64,000 bases of DNA from Azolla caroliniana. Its lineage: Eukaryota; Plantae; Polypodiophyta. The notes below the pieces were generated by a model. It saw only the letters and a program-made list of their open reading frames with translations. It did not search any database and had not been told where the DNA came from. Positions 10,948 through 24,901 of this stretch are shown here, one piece after another (position 1 is the stretch's first letter; each line of letters starts with the position of its first letter). The stretch covers positions 19,778,001-19,842,000 of the forward strand of contig JBHGNT010000001.1 of NCBI GenBank assembly GCA_043228905.1, given 5' to 3'. The position numbers and the translations under genes were made by a program.

Positions 10948-13900
10948 TGTTAGGAAACAGGTCCCTCCGGATGGGAAGACCCGGTAAGAACCGGATGAGG
11001 AGTACCCAGAAGCGGAAGACCCGGTGAGAACCGAATGATGACTGCTCGGCAAGTGCCGGATGAAGGAGTACCCGGAAACGGAAGACCCGGTGAGAACTGG
11101 ATGATGAGGGCCCGGAAAGCACTGGATGATGTAGGCCCGGTGAGGAGTGCTCACCGGATGAAGGGACATTCGTAAATATGTTTCTGAGAGTCCATCGGGG
11201 CTATATTTATAAATAGTCGAAAAGGCAAACTTAGAGAAGTAGTTGTCATTCTTGTTGGCGCTAGATCAGAGAGCGCGTAACAGTGTACAAAGAGAGAGAG
11301 AGAGAGGAAGAGGTCGTTGCCTCTGTTGTAACTGCCGCCTGTGGCGAAGATCGTGAGCACGAGGTCGTTGCTTCCGTGAGCTCACTGATTGTAATCATTG
11401 TGATATAGTGATAGTTTGGAGTCTGTGAACTCCTGTGGTTTTTCCCTCTCAGGGTTTTCCACGTTAAACATCCTGTGTACTCTTCTCTCCTTTGTGTCGT
11501 GCGTTCATTATCCGTTTTCTGTGTTTGATTTTAGACTCGGTTGTGGCCGAGCATTGTTCATCGGAGCGTGTAGTTCCTGTCAAAGTGGTATCAGAGCAAA
11601 ACGACACAGAAGATGGACGAATCATTGGGCAGCATGTTCAAGCTCACCGGCTCCAACTATTTAGTGTGGAAGTCGAAGATGAAGGACATGCTCGTGGTTA
11701 AAGATCTTTGGTTGCCGGTTCAGTTCGCGGACAAGAGACCGGACAAAATCGACGCCACGATATGGGAGGTGATGCACATGAAGACAACGGCGTACATACG
11801 GTGCTTCATCGACATGAGCCTATACAACAACTTCAATGAAGAGAGCAAGACTCATGAGCTCTAGGAGAAGATCGACATTATGTTTCAGAACAAAAATGCG
11901 GTTAACCAGGTTTCGGTATTCCAAAAGCTTGTAAGACTCCGGTACCAAGATGGCTCCATCATGGCGGAGCACATGAATGCCTTCTAGGGGCTGATACACT
12001 AGGAAACATCATTGGAAGTACCTCTCGCCGATGAGGTACTAGCGCTACTCCTGCTCTGTTCCCTCCCGGATAGCTGGGAGACGTTGGTTGTCACTTTGGG
12101 CAACGCCGGGCCGGAAGGGAAACGGTTATCCCTAGCAAGAGTAAAGTCGAGCTTGCTAGATGAGGAGGCGCGTCGGAAAGATAAGGATACGAGCTCCGAC
12201 TCCAAAGCGCTCCTTACCGAATCGGAATGCATAAGACAAAGGAACCGTAGTCCCCAGAACCGGGAGAAGTCGGGGACACGGTCAAAGTCAAGGGGGAGGC
12301 CTACTTGCTTCTATTGCGGCAAGCCGAGACATTTCCATAAGAACTATCGGCATTTCCGAAAAGACAAGGAAAGCGACGGTACCGATTCGAAGCGGACATC
12401 GGACCAGAACTGTAAAGACCGGAGGGGGCCGGACCGGAAGGGAACGACGGCAATCACGGCAAGTGAAGAAGAGTTGATGCTCATCACCGAGGAGAGTGAG
12501 CTAAACCTTGCCGGCGACGAGACGACCTGGGTGGTCGACTCCGGAGCGTCGTTCCACCTTACCCCGGACCAGAAATGCTTCTCATCCTACTCAGCTGGTG
12601 ATCACGGCTGTGTCCGGATGGGCAATGAAGGTACATGCCGAATTATCGGCATAGGAGACGTGTGGTTAACAACGCCAACCGAATTCAAGCTCATGCTGAA
12701 GGATGTTCGACACGTTCCGGAGGTTCGACTGAACCTGATATCAGCCAGTCGGCTAGACGATGAAGGCTACACGGGTAGTATCCAGAACGGTGTTATGAAG
12801 TTCAGCAAAGGGAGCCTGATTGTGGCTCGAACCCGGAAGGTCAACACCATGTACCTGATGAATGCCCGGTTATGTCCGGAGGAAGTGAATGTAGCATCCG
12901 ACATTGCCGGTGAGCTGTGTCACATGAGCGAGAAGGGGATGAAGAGGCTTGCAGACGACAACCTCATTCTAGTGAAGAACGTGCACTTGGAGAAGTGCAC
13001 TGATTGTCTTGCCGGTAAACAAAACCGGACCTTCTTCCGATCGAGGCCACCGATGAGACGTAATGCAGCACTGGAGTTGGTGCATACTGATGTGTGTCAA
13101 GTGGACACGAAGTCACATGTAGGATCGTAGTACTTCGTGACGTTCATAGATGACCACAGCCAGAAGCTGTGGGCCAGACCGTTGAAGACGAAGGATCAGG
13201 TGTTATCTGTCTTCAAAGAACTCCATGCGAGAGTGGAAAGAGAAACCGGCCGGAAGCTGAAGGCGGTTCGAGCAGATAACGGAGGTGAATACCGGGGGCA
13301 GTTCGAGGAGTACTGTCACTCGAAGGGAATCCGGCTCGAATTTACCGTGCCGAAGACGCCGGAACTAAACGGGCTGGCCGAGAGGATGAACCAGACCATA
13401 ATGGAGAGGGTCCGGAGTATGCTGGCGCATGCAAAACTACCCAAGAAGTTTTGGGCTGGGGCACTGTCGACGGAGACATATGTGATAAACAGATCACCCT
13501 CAGTACCCTTGGACGAAGACACGCCACAGAGAGTCTGGACCGGTAAGGAAGTGTCGTACCGGCATCTGAAGGTATTCGGGTGTCTTGCGTACGTGCATGT
13601 AGCTAAGGACCGGAGAGGAAAACTAGATCCGAAGACCCGACCATGCATATTCCTCGGTTACGACGACGATGAGTTTGGCTACCGAGTGTGGGACCTGGTC
13701 GACAAGAAGGTATTCCGGAGTCGAGATATTATCTTCATGGAGGACAAGATGCTCGCCGACTGGGAGTCGGAGAAGAAGATAATGAACTCTGAGTCGACCG
13801 GTAAGGATCGATTCCACGATGAGCAGACCCAACCGGCAAGAGACCAGTTAGCACTCGAGGAACTAGCCGGTTACGGTGAGGATACCGAACCGGCAGAAGA

Positions 13901-14109
13901 AGAAGTAGAGGAAGCTGAAACCGGAACCGGCCAAGACCCCGAATCGGATTTGGATGAAGTGCAAATGGAGGAGCCGGTTACCAAAGCCTAGAGACGGAGA
14001 TATCCTCTCAGAGAGAGAAGGGCCCCCTGAAGATTTCCGGATTCAGAGCATGTGCTGTTGACCGATGAGGGAGAGCTAGAAAGCTTCGAAGAAGCTAAGA
14101 ATGACACCC
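10948..14109 (+). mobile_element. Copia family A copy A2, 5' half only (5' LTR, gag, PR, INT)
   Basis: LTR 10948-11582; PBS TGGTATCAGAGC 11586-11597; gag ATG 11613 (MDESLGSMFKLTGSNY); ORFs 12012-13130 and 13137-13991 are highly similar to A1; homology ends at about 14109. Confidence 0.92.
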
Positions 14110-14342
14110 GAAGGCATAATGTGTTAGGGGATATGTCCCTCTAGTGGGAGGAACCGACTATTTGGAAGTAGCCGACAATTGAGGAGTCGAAGGAACTAAC
14201 TGTTTGGAAATAGTCGACAACAGAGAGTCGATTCTTTAAACAGATTGATTATTATTAGTATTATTATAGTAATAATAATAGTAATGATATGTAGCTGTGG
14301 CTACAATTGTAAATAGTCCATACGATGTATTAGTATAAATAC

Positions 14343-16374
14343 TGTTGAGCGGCAAGCTCAATTGGAGCCAGATCAGCTGAATAAGCCTGAGCCGGCAAGC
14401 GAGACGGATCGGTAAGCTGTGAGCAACCGAGACGGCAAGCAACAGAGCCGGTGAGCTAGGGAACTGGTTAGCCAGATCCAAGCAGTAACCGGAAGCCTAG
14501 TATTAGTGTAGACTACTAGGCAATTATAGTCTCGTAGTAAGTGTCAGATGCTCGTGTGAGCATTGAAGTACGCGGTACTTCTGTTAGTCCCACGAGGACT
14601 TGTATAAATAATGCTACTGAGCAAAGTTGTATGTACAGAGTGTTTTTATCATTTTTGAATATAGCCTTGAAGTTCTGCTCTCTCTGTCTCTCCCGTTACT
14701 CTGTGTATTACCTACCTTCTCTGTTTTCTAACGCTTCTGCAAGTATTGTTTACATGGTATCAAAGCGCGAGGGTTGAGAACCTCTGCAACCGACAAACGC
14801 TTGAAAGCAAACCCTAACAGGTCGTAAAACAACAGACAGAGAAGTGATGGATAGAGGGATGGCTAGCTCGCTCCTTGTGGAGAAACTCAACAGATCCAAC
14901 TATGCATCTTGGTCGTATAAGATGCACCAGTACTTGCTTGGGCATGGCTACTGGAGTTTCGGCGAAGGAGCCAGCGAAACAGCACCTGATGCGGCACATA
15001 AGGACTTCCTAGTGTGGGAAGAATCGACAAGCAAAGTGATGTACTGCTTCGCATCCAGTGTCGGAGACCAGCTGCTGAGCAACATCCGAGACGCCAAGAC
15101 GCTGAAGGAGGCTTGGGGGAACTTGAAGAAGGTTTTCGCCGCGAGCACTATAGCCCGAAAGCTGCAACTCCGACAGGAGTTGACCAATGTCCGACAGAAG
15201 GACATGTCGGTGGCGGATTACACAGCCCAGATCAAAGAGATCATTGAGCCACGTCAGACAGAAGGGGAAGCTGGTGAACGTATTACACGTTCCAACAATC
15301 ACGAAGAACTTGGTGTCGGTCGGAAAGATCGTCGACCAAGGGATGCAGGTGCGGTTTACACACCTCGGGTGCTTCATCGAGGAAGAGGGCCAGATTATTT
15401 CGCAAGGGTGCAGAGACGGGAGGATGTTTATCCTTGACACCAATGACGTCGGCACCGCTCTGTTTGCAAAAGGACAGAAGGTCGAATCGGACATCGACCT
15501 GTGGCACAAGCGGATAGGCCACATCAATTACCGGAGGCTTCAAGACCTGCAAATGAAACAAGTTGTTTTCGGTTTGCCGAAGTTTAGCGGCCGGAAGGCC
15601 CAAGTATGTGAAGCCTGCCAACTCGGGAAGCAACACCGGCTTCCATTCCCCACCGAACGTAACCGGAGCCGTAACAAGCTCGACCTTATCCATTCGGATG
15701 TGTGGGGATCGGCACAGAATGTTAGTCTTGGCGGGAGTCGATATTTCGTCTCCTTCATCGACGACTATATGCGACACACATGGATCTAACTCATTGAGCG
15801 GAAGAGTGAAGTCTTCGAGTGTTTCCGGAGTCTCCAAAGCATGGTGGAACGGGAATCGAAGAGGAAGATCAAATGCTTGCAGTCGGATGGCGGAAAAGAG
15901 TACTTTTCCGGCCAATTCAACAATTATCTGTAGCAAAAGGGAATTCGATGAGAGTTCAGCTACAGATACACACCGCAACAGAACGATGTTGCCGAAAGGA
16001 AGAATCTGTTGCTTATTGATGCGGCAAGGGCAATGCTGGAGGAGAAGAGCATGCTGGAGGAGCTGTATTTCGGGCACAAGCCGAATTTGAGACACCTTAA
16101 GATCTTCGGTAGCATTGCATATGTGCATGTACTGGAAGAGAAGCGGAGGAAGCTGGATGCAAAATCAGAAAAATGCATCCTAATCGGCTATGCTCAAGAG
16201 CAGAAGGGTTATAAGTGTTATAAACCCCGGACAAAGCAAGTCCGAGTTAGTCGAGATGTCGAGTTCGATGAATCGGCATCGTGGTACTCCTTACCGGCTC
16301 CGACTTCCGAATCCGACCCGGTGCCGGTGGATGAGGCTAGTGAGCCTGAACCGGCCGAGCTAGAGGATGATGAA
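14343..16374 (+). mobile_element. Copia family D copy D1: 5' LTR plus internally deleted gag and integrase
   Basis: LTR 14343-14754; PBS TGGTATCAAAGC 14755-14766; gag ATG 14847 (MDRGMASSLLVEKLNRSNYASW); deletion at about 15245; LWHKRIGH and SDGGKEY motifs. Confidence 0.88.
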
Positions 16375-17762
16375 AGGTTGAACATGTCGGATGCAAAGCC
16401 GGTCAGCTCGGTGTTGCCGACAAACTGCAAGTTGAATGTGAAGTAGTGCCCGAAAGGGGAGAAGGAGAAGGTCAAGATGAGGAAGGTACCATATGCCTCA
16501 GCCGTCGGCAGTGTTATGTATGTGTTGAGAATCAAGCTCAACTTGGTCTAGTGTGTGAACTCACCTTGAGAGTGAATAGACACTCCAACGGTCAAGAGTC
16601 ACCATTATGTCACCACTTTGTATTCTAGCATTTAGTATGAGTCATAGAATCATATTCTATGACACATAACTTATGAGCTTTCACATTCCCCATGCTCCAT
16701 GAGTCTTGTAGTTAATGAAGAGAGAGGGTGACTATATAAAGCACCCTCCTCCCACCTTGTATAATGTTGTGTCTTACTCCTTGTCTCTCTCTCTCTCTCT
16801 CATACACACACACAGTTCATATCTATTCTGCTGCATAAAATCCATCTCTTGATTCTTTACATGGTATCAGAGCGAGGTTGGTAGCTCCATCTAGCCCATC
16901 CGCGTGTGTCGAGCTCTACGCCGACGTTCAAGAAGAACCGGCTCATCGCTATCGTAGTGAGACTACATAGCTCACATTCGAAGGGAGAAGAAGAAGAAGA
17001 AGAATAAGAAGAATCGACATAATGATACTCAAATGAGGAGCACTCTCCCTACCGAGAAGTTGGATTGAAACAACTTCACATCTTGGGAGTACAAGATGCA
17101 CCAATACTTAGTCGGACAAGGCTATTGGAGCTACATCAAAGGAGCACACGAAGACCGACCAATCGAAACGGCTCCCGGACACACGACATGGGAGCAAGCC
17201 ACAAGTCGTGTGATGTATTGCTTGGTGACATGTTTTCACCATCACATGCTCGGCTACATTTGTGAAGCCAAGACGCCGAAGGAAGCATGGGAAAATCTAC
17301 AAAAGATTTTCGCGTCTAACACAACCGCAAGAAGGCTTCAACTCCGCCAAGAGTTGAACAACATTCAACAAAGGGACATGTCCATCATGACATACACCTT
17401 GAAGATAAAGGAGCTTTGCGACTCGCTCGGCTCAATAAGCGTAAATATCGACGATGATGAGATGGCGCAAATATGCCTCGGTGGCCTCACACCACGATTC
17501 GGCGCGATGTGAACCGCCGTTCTAGCAAGGGAGAAATCTCCCACCTTCTTCGAGCTCCGATCAATGCTATTGGTCGAAGAAAACCACGTGCGTACAAGGA
17601 GCAATGAGTCCGAAGGCCACATGCTCTACACACACTCGAACGAAGGAAGAGGACGCGAACGAGCGAGAGGCCGATTCGGCCAAGGACAAGGCAGACGAGG
17701 TCTGACCTACGACAACAACTCCTAATTTCGGCCGTAAAACGGAAGCCCACGAGGAACCTTTG

Positions 17763-20700
17763 TGTGGAAGCGTATGTGCGGAAGTGTAAGACAATAGCTT
17801 GGTTGCGTAGCAGCAAAGAGAGAGAAAATAATACACAGAATATAGAGAGTACTCAGGAGAGACAGAGAGAGAGAAGAACAAGAATCTAAATTCAAATATT
17901 ATATCAACACTTTGTACCTACAACGTGCTCAACAACACTATTTATACAAGTCCTCATGGGACTTACAGAAGTACAATGTACTTCAATGCTCACACGAGAG
18001 TCTGACACTAACTATGAGACAATAACTACCTAGTAATCTAAGCTATTACTAGGCTTCCGATTACTTCTGGATCTGGCTAACCGGCTCCCTAGCTCACCGG
18101 CTCTTTTGCTCACCGGGTGCTTACCGGCTCAGGCTTATTCAGCCGATCCGGCTCTAATTGAGCTTGCCGTCCAACACTCCCCCTCAAGCTCAACTTGAGG
18201 TCCGATCATAGTGTCAACGTCTGTGGCAACCGATCCTTCTACCCGGCTCCTTCTGGCATCGTTCCGCCTCTCTCGTGCTCCTCGTCCGGTTCGGTTCTGT
18301 TTGTCGCGACCCCTCTTATTCTGCGCACCTCAACCTTCTCGGTCGGCTCGTCAGCTCAACAAGCCCAATTCAGCTCCCTCGCTGCTGTGACTTCGGCGTG
18401 TGCTAGTTAGCCGATTGCTTCGTGCTGGCTTCTTGTCCTCTTGGCCTTGAATTGATCCGGTTCTTCCTAATCCGTCTGTTGAATCAAATCGGCTGTCTCC
18501 GATTCGTTCCAGCTCTTGTCCGAATCGGTTGCTCCCGATTCGTCTTTTGGTTCCATGCCCTTCACTACATCGAACAAAGTCCGGGTCTTGGCCTTGTTCT
18601 TCCGGTCGGCTCTGTCCTTCTTGAATCTGCCGCCGCTGCCGGTTATTCCGACTTGTTCGGATGTGTCAACTTCTCTTGTCGACTCGGCTCCTTTCTTCTT
18701 CTTGTCTCCCCCTTTGTTGGCTCTTCCCTTACCAGCGCAATCGACAGTCTCTTTGCCTTTGCCCGTTCTCCCCCTCAAGTGTGGCACGTCGAGATGCTGA
18801 ACACCAAGCGTTTCGGTGAAGTGCTGCAACTTGTCCGATCCGAGCAGTTTGGTGAAGATGTCGGAAACTTGCCGATCCGTATGAATATACCAAAGTTCTA
18901 CTTCACCACTCAGGACCCACTCACGCACGAAGTGATAATGCACTTCTATGTGCTTTGTGCGAGCATGTAACACGGGTTTCTTGGCAAGCTGCATGCTACT
19001 CATATTGTCGCAGTAGATCAGGATCGGGGTCGGTACCTCGATCATTAGGTCTTGCAACAGTCGCCGAAGCCAAATGGCTTCACAGGTGGCGATGGTAGCG
19101 CCCCGATACTCAGCCTTAGTGCTTGATAGAGCCATTGTTGGCTGCTTCTTGCTGCTCCACGCAACAACCGCGCTACCTAGGGGAAACATGTAACCGGAAG
19201 TTGATCGGCGATCTGATGCATCGCCGGCCCAGTCGGCATCCATGTAAGCGACTAGCTCTTCGGTTATACCTCGCCGGTATAACAATCCCCGGTCCTTCGT
19301 GCCGCTCGCATATTGCAGTATTCAGTGCGCGCACTGAAGATGCTCTACGGTCAGCTTTTGCATGAACTGGCTAATCACAGCAACCGGATAGCTGATGTCG
19401 GGTCGGGTGATGGTCAAGTATATAAGGCTTCCAACAATTTGTCGAAACCGGTTTAGGGTTTAGGGTTGAGACAGAGGTTTTGGTTCCGGTCCAGGGGTGT
19501 TGAGACAGATCGGCATTCTATCATGTCGAACTTGTACAACATATTCAACACATAGTGTCTTTGTGAGAGCAATATGCCGTCGGGAGTTCGGATCACCTTG
19601 ATCCCAGTGAAGGTCCCCCAGGTCCTTCATCTCAAATGTGTTCGATAGTTGGGACTTGACTCGGCTGATTTCATCGAGTCTGAGTCCGGTGATGACTAGA
19701 TCATCAACATACAACAAGATGCAAACTGGACCGTTCGGACCTTACCAGATGAGCAACGAAGAGTCGGACTTGGAGGCCGCAAACCCCATCTTACGCAACC
19801 GGTACGTAATCTTTGACTTCCAAGCTCGGGGGGCTTGCTTTAGGCCATAAAGCGAATTCTTCAGCTTGCTTTAGGTCATAAAGACCTCTTCCTCAAGATC
19901 GCCTTGAAGAAATGCATTCTTCACGTCCATTTGGTGAAGATAACACCCCCTTGCCGCAACAACTGCTAGCACCACACGAACCGTCGTCATCTTCGCTACT
20001 GGAGGGAAGGTCTTGTCGTAGTCGATTCTGTGGGTCTGTGTGTATCCCTTCGCTACTAGCCGGGCCTTGTACCGGTTAACCGAACCGTCGGCATTGTACT
20101 TTACCTTGTACACCCACTTACATCCGATCGGTTTACAGCGTCGGGGCGGGTCAAGTAGGTCCCATGTGTCGTTGGCATCAAGTGCCCACATTTCTTCCTC
20201 CATAGCGGCATGCCAATGTGTGTCCTTTGCTGTTTCTGCGTAGCTCTCCGGCTCACACACGTCCGCCACCTTGGTCATGTACGCATAGTAATGCGCCATG
20301 TACTCATTGTACCCGTACCGCGTCACGGGGTTCTTCTGGAGGGAAAACCAGCGTAACTTATCGTTACCCGGTTTGGGGCCCTCTTGGCCGTTCCGGACTT
20401 CGTTCTCGAAGATCCGCCTTCATCCTTGCCGGAGTCGGATTTGCTCCGATCCGACTCATCATTACCGGTTTCATAATCTGGCACCTTCTTCTTCCCTTTC
20501 TCTTTGCGCGTGAATTGTCTCCTCGGTTCCTTGTGCGGGGAGAGCACGACAGAGTCTTCAATACTCGCCGGTTCCTCATCTGACTGGTCGGATTGACCCA
20601 GTCTCTCATTCGGCCCACTCAACCGAAACGATTTCGGACTCTCTTCTTGAGTCCCGGATTCATCATCTTCTACTTGGGCCGGTTCAGGCTCACTAGCCTT

Positions 20701-23506
20701 GTCCTCCGGCATCCTCCGGTTCATCGAACTCGACATCACAGCTTACTCAGACCTACTTCGTCCGGGGGTTCTAACATTTATACCTCTTTTCCTCATGTGG
20801 GTAGCCGACGAGGATGCATTTCTCCGACTTTGCATCCAACTTCCTCCGCTTCTCATCCGGCACATGCAGATATGCAATGCTACCGAATATCCGAAGGTGT
20901 CGCAAATTCGGCTTACGCCCGAAATACAACTCATGCGTGGACACCTTGTCACCGATCCGGTTTTGGATATAAACAGTCGTTCGAACCGCCTCCGCCCAGT
21001 AGAAATGGGGCTTGCTCTTCTCTTCCAACATTGCCCTTGCCGCGTCGATAAGCGACCGGTTCTTCCTTTCGGCCACACCATTCTGTTCCACTGTGTATCT
21101 GCAGTTGAACTCTTGTCGAATTCCCTTTTGCTACAGATAATTGTTGAATTGGCTGGAAAAATATTCTTTTCCGCCATCCGACCGCAAACACTTGATCTTC
21201 CACTTTGTTTCCCGTTCAACCAAGCTTTGCAGGTTCTGGAAACACTCAAAGACTTCGCTCTTCCGCTCAATGAGGTAGATCCATGTGTGTCGGTTGTAGT
21301 TGTCGATGAAGGAGATGAAATATTGACTCCCACTAAGTCTCACGTTCTGTGCCGGTCCCATACATCCGAATGAATAAGGTCGAGCTTGTTACGGTTACGG
21401 TTTCGTTCGGTGAGGAATGGAAACCGGTGTTGCTTCCCGAGTTGGCAAGCTTCACATACATGGTCCTTCCGGCCACTAAACTTCGGCAAACCGAAAACAA
21501 GTTGTTTCGTTTGCAAGTCTTGAAGCCGCTGATAATTGACGTGGCCGATCCGCTTGTGCCAGAGATCAATGTCTGATTCAATCTTTTGTCCTTTGGCGAA
21601 CAACGCAGTGCCGACGTGATTGGTGTTGAGGATGAACATCCTCTTGTCTCTGCGCCCTTGCACAATGATTAGGCCCTCTTCCTCGATGAAGCACCCGAGG
21701 TGCGTAAACCGCACCCGCATCCCCTGGTCGACAATCTGTCCAACCGACACCAGGTTCTTCGTGATAGTCGGAACGTGTAATACGTTCATCAGCTTCCCCC
21801 TCTGTCTGACGTGGTTCAAAGGGACTTCTTCGATATGCACGATTGGGTGGGGAGTGTCGTCTCTGGTTTCAACAACTCCCGGTTGTTCCGGTTTCTCCAG
21901 GAAGGAGAACCACTCTTTGTGGCTTGTCATGTGATTCGACGCATCGGAATCATTTGGAAGTAGTCTTCTTCATCGAATTTGCCTCGTGCTTCATCACCAA
22001 GGCTGGCCCCTTACCAGTCTTCCCGGTTCCGGATCCTTTCGATCCTTGTGCATAGTGCGAGATTTGCCAGTTCTCTCGACCGGTTTTGCCGGATCCAGAT
22101 CTGTCTAAATCAGCGCGCTTCTTCTAGCACTCGCTTTCTCTGTGGCCCTTTTTGCCACAGTACTAGCATTCCGTGGCGGATTTTTCTTGCCGATCTCCGG
22201 CACAGCCTTGACTCCCCCTGCTTGTGGAAGTCTTGGAACTACTGTCGGCACGCTCTCTGTGCCTTCTTTCCTGCTCTTGTCGGCCGCCTCCAGTGCGTGC
22301 CGACCCACCTCATCCCCCACGCCCAGGGGGCCTATCCGCCTCCATGTACAACATCCGGTTGTTCAATTGAGTGGTCTTGGACCCACTCGTGTGGTTTTCT
22401 TCGACCATCAGCATCGATTGCAAGTCGAAGAAGGTGAGTGGTTTCTCTCGGGTGTAGATCGCTGTCCGGATTGGCCCGTACCTTTGCGCTAGACCACTGA
22501 GGCAGATTTGTACCATTTCGTCTTCGTCCACCGTCACGTTGATGCACCCGAGCACGTTGCAAATCTCCTTTATTTTGGTGGTGTAGTCCGTAACCGACAT
22601 ATCTCTTTATCAGATGTTGTTCAGGTCTTGCCGGAGCTGCAACTTACAAGCTGTGGTACTTGCAGCAAAAATCTTACGCAGATTTTCCCAGGCCTCCTTC
22701 AACGTCTTTGCATCCCTGATGTAGTCGAGCATTTGGTTGTGCACACAGGACGCGAGGCAGTATAATACTTGGCTCGTTCCTTGCTCCCATACCGGGAAGT
22801 CCTTGTGTCCAGGCTTTGGTGCTACCTTATTACTTCCTTCACCGAAACTCCAATACCCATGCCTCAGTAGGTACTGCTGCATTTTGTATGACCAAGACAC
22901 GTAGTTGCTCCAGTCGAGCTTCTCTGTAGGAAGTGAACTCGCCATACCTCTGTCCATCTTTTTTTTTTCTCTGTCTACTATTTTGTTCTCACAACCTGTA
23001 GGGTTTGTCTTGCGAAAGCAAATGTCGGCTGCAGAGGTCTTCAACCCTCGCGCTCTGATACCATGTGGAAGTGTATGTGTGGAAGCATAAGACAACAGCT
23101 TGGCTGCGTGGCGGCAGAGAGAGAGAGAGAGAATAATACACAGAATGCAGAGAGTATTCAGGAGAGATAGAGAGAGAGCAGAACAACAATCTAAATTAAA
23201 AAATTATATCAACACTCTGTACATACAACGTGCTCAACAACACTATTTATACAAGTCTTCATGGGACTGACTGAAGTACAACGTACTTCAATGCTCACAT
23301 GAGCATCTAACACTAACTACGAGACAATAACTACCTAGTAATCTAAGCTATTACTAGACTTCCGGTTACTGCTGGATCCGGCTAACCGGCTCCCTAGCTC
23401 ACCGGCTCTTTTGCTCACCGGGTGCTCACCGGCTCACCAATCCGTCTCGCTCACCAGCTGAGGCATATTCAGCCGATCCGGCTCTAGTTGAGCTTGCCGC
23501 TCAACA
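17763..23506 (-). mobile_element. Full-length Copia family D copy D2, degenerate
   Basis: LTRs 17763-18176 and 23064-23506; TSD CTTTG/CTTCG (one C>T difference); PBS TGGTATCAGAGC 23052-23063; PPT TTGAGGGGGAG; fragmented gag-pol 22957 to 18467 (LYVDDLVITG, KHIEVHYHFVRE). Confidence 0.93.
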
Positions 23507-24837
23507 CTTCGCAAGAAGGGGGAGCTTCCACTCCGGCCCGAGCTGTCAAAACGCAACCGAATGCGGATATTGAGGAAAGCTCGCCCACGACGAAGAAGAG
23601 TTGCGAAAGAAGATGTGTGAATTGGCTTCCACAAGCTGACAACTCACGAATTACGCACACAATTCCGACTATGAAGAGTATAGTGGAATGTACGGGCACA
23701 ACTCCGACTACGAAGATCGTGGCGGAATGTATGCACACAACTCCGACCGTGGCGGAATGTTCATGATGAAACATAGAGCAAACTCTATGTCGGCTTCTAC
23801 CTCAACTAGTACCCTCAATCCGGAGGATGTATGGTTTGTTGACTCAGGAGCCTCAAACCATATGACATCTCATAAAGAATGGTTTCTCGAACTTCAAGAG
23901 CTAGAGCTATCCGGTTATGTCGAAACTAGAGATGACACTACGCACCCGATTTAGCACATCGACAATGTTCCGTTCGGAGAAAGAGGTAAGCAAACATACA
24001 TTAAAAATGTCTTGCATGTTCCTACAATCACGAAAAACTTGGTCTCAGTCGGCCAAATGGTTGAGCAAGGGATGCAAGTACGATTCGACCAAGAAGGGTG
24101 CTTCATCGAAAAAGAGGGCCGAATCATTGCGCGCAGAAGAAGAGAGGGCCGGATATTCATTCTCGATTCACACGAGATGAAATCCGCCATGTTCGCAAAA
24201 AGCACGAAAGACGACTCCGACATAGATTTATGGCACAAGCGAATCAGCCACATCAATCTCAACAAACTCAAAGCAATGAAATCGAAAGGAGTCGTCATCG
24301 GACTCCCGACATTCAAAGAGAAGGAGATTGAAGGTGTATGTGAAGTGTGCCAATTCGGCAAGCAACACCGACACCCATTCCCGAAAGAGCGGAACGTGAG
24401 CAAAGGTCTACTCGATGTAGTCCATTCTGACGTATGGGGACCGACGCAGACGACGGATGCCGATATTATGTGCTCTTCATCGACGACTTCTCCAGGCACA
24501 CATGGCTCTATCCGATGCGGCAAAAGAGAAAAGTGTTTGGACACTTCCAAAGGTTTAAAAACGAAGTCGAAAAAGCTATTGGTCGTCATGTACGATGCCT
24601 TCGATCGGATGGTGGCAAGGAGTACTTCTGTTGGGGGGAGACAGGTCCCTCCGGATGGGAAGGGAGAAGAACAGTGCTGATGAACAAACTCGGCCGAGGT
24701 CGAAACCGGATGAGGAGTACCCGGCTATAGAGAGCCGGATGGTGCATACCCGATATGAACCGGATGAGGAGCACCTGGCTACGGAGAGCTGGATGGTGCA
24801 GACCCGGTATGAACCGGATGAGGAGTACCTGTCATGA

Positions 24838-24901
24838 GATGGCAAGACTCGAACCCATGACCTTGTGGTATATGGGTCGAGCTCTTAACCATCACACCAT
24901 C
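24838..24901 (-). ncRNA. tRNA-like A-box/B-box cassette, antisense in the chromovirus LTR U3 (second copy 30035-30098)
   Basis: Minus strand: A-box TGGTGTGATGG (24899-24889) and B-box GGTTCGAGTCT (24855-24845), with a 44-nt offset as in tRNA genes. Confidence 0.6.

Noticed and set aside
16009-16446. Integrase-RT fusion ORF
   Set aside because: It spans a deletion junction at about 16374 between D1 integrase and C1 RT; both flanks are degenerate.
16518-16522. GTATG flanks both the 10263 and 16523 family-E LTRs, suggesting one element
   Set aside because: The LTRs are in opposite orientations and GTATG is on the left of both, so it cannot be a TSD pair; probably coincidence or target preference.
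24838-24901. Bona fide tRNA genes in the LTRs
   Set aside because: Acceptor and anticodon stems do not pair convincingly; kept only as tRNA-like A/B-box cassettes.
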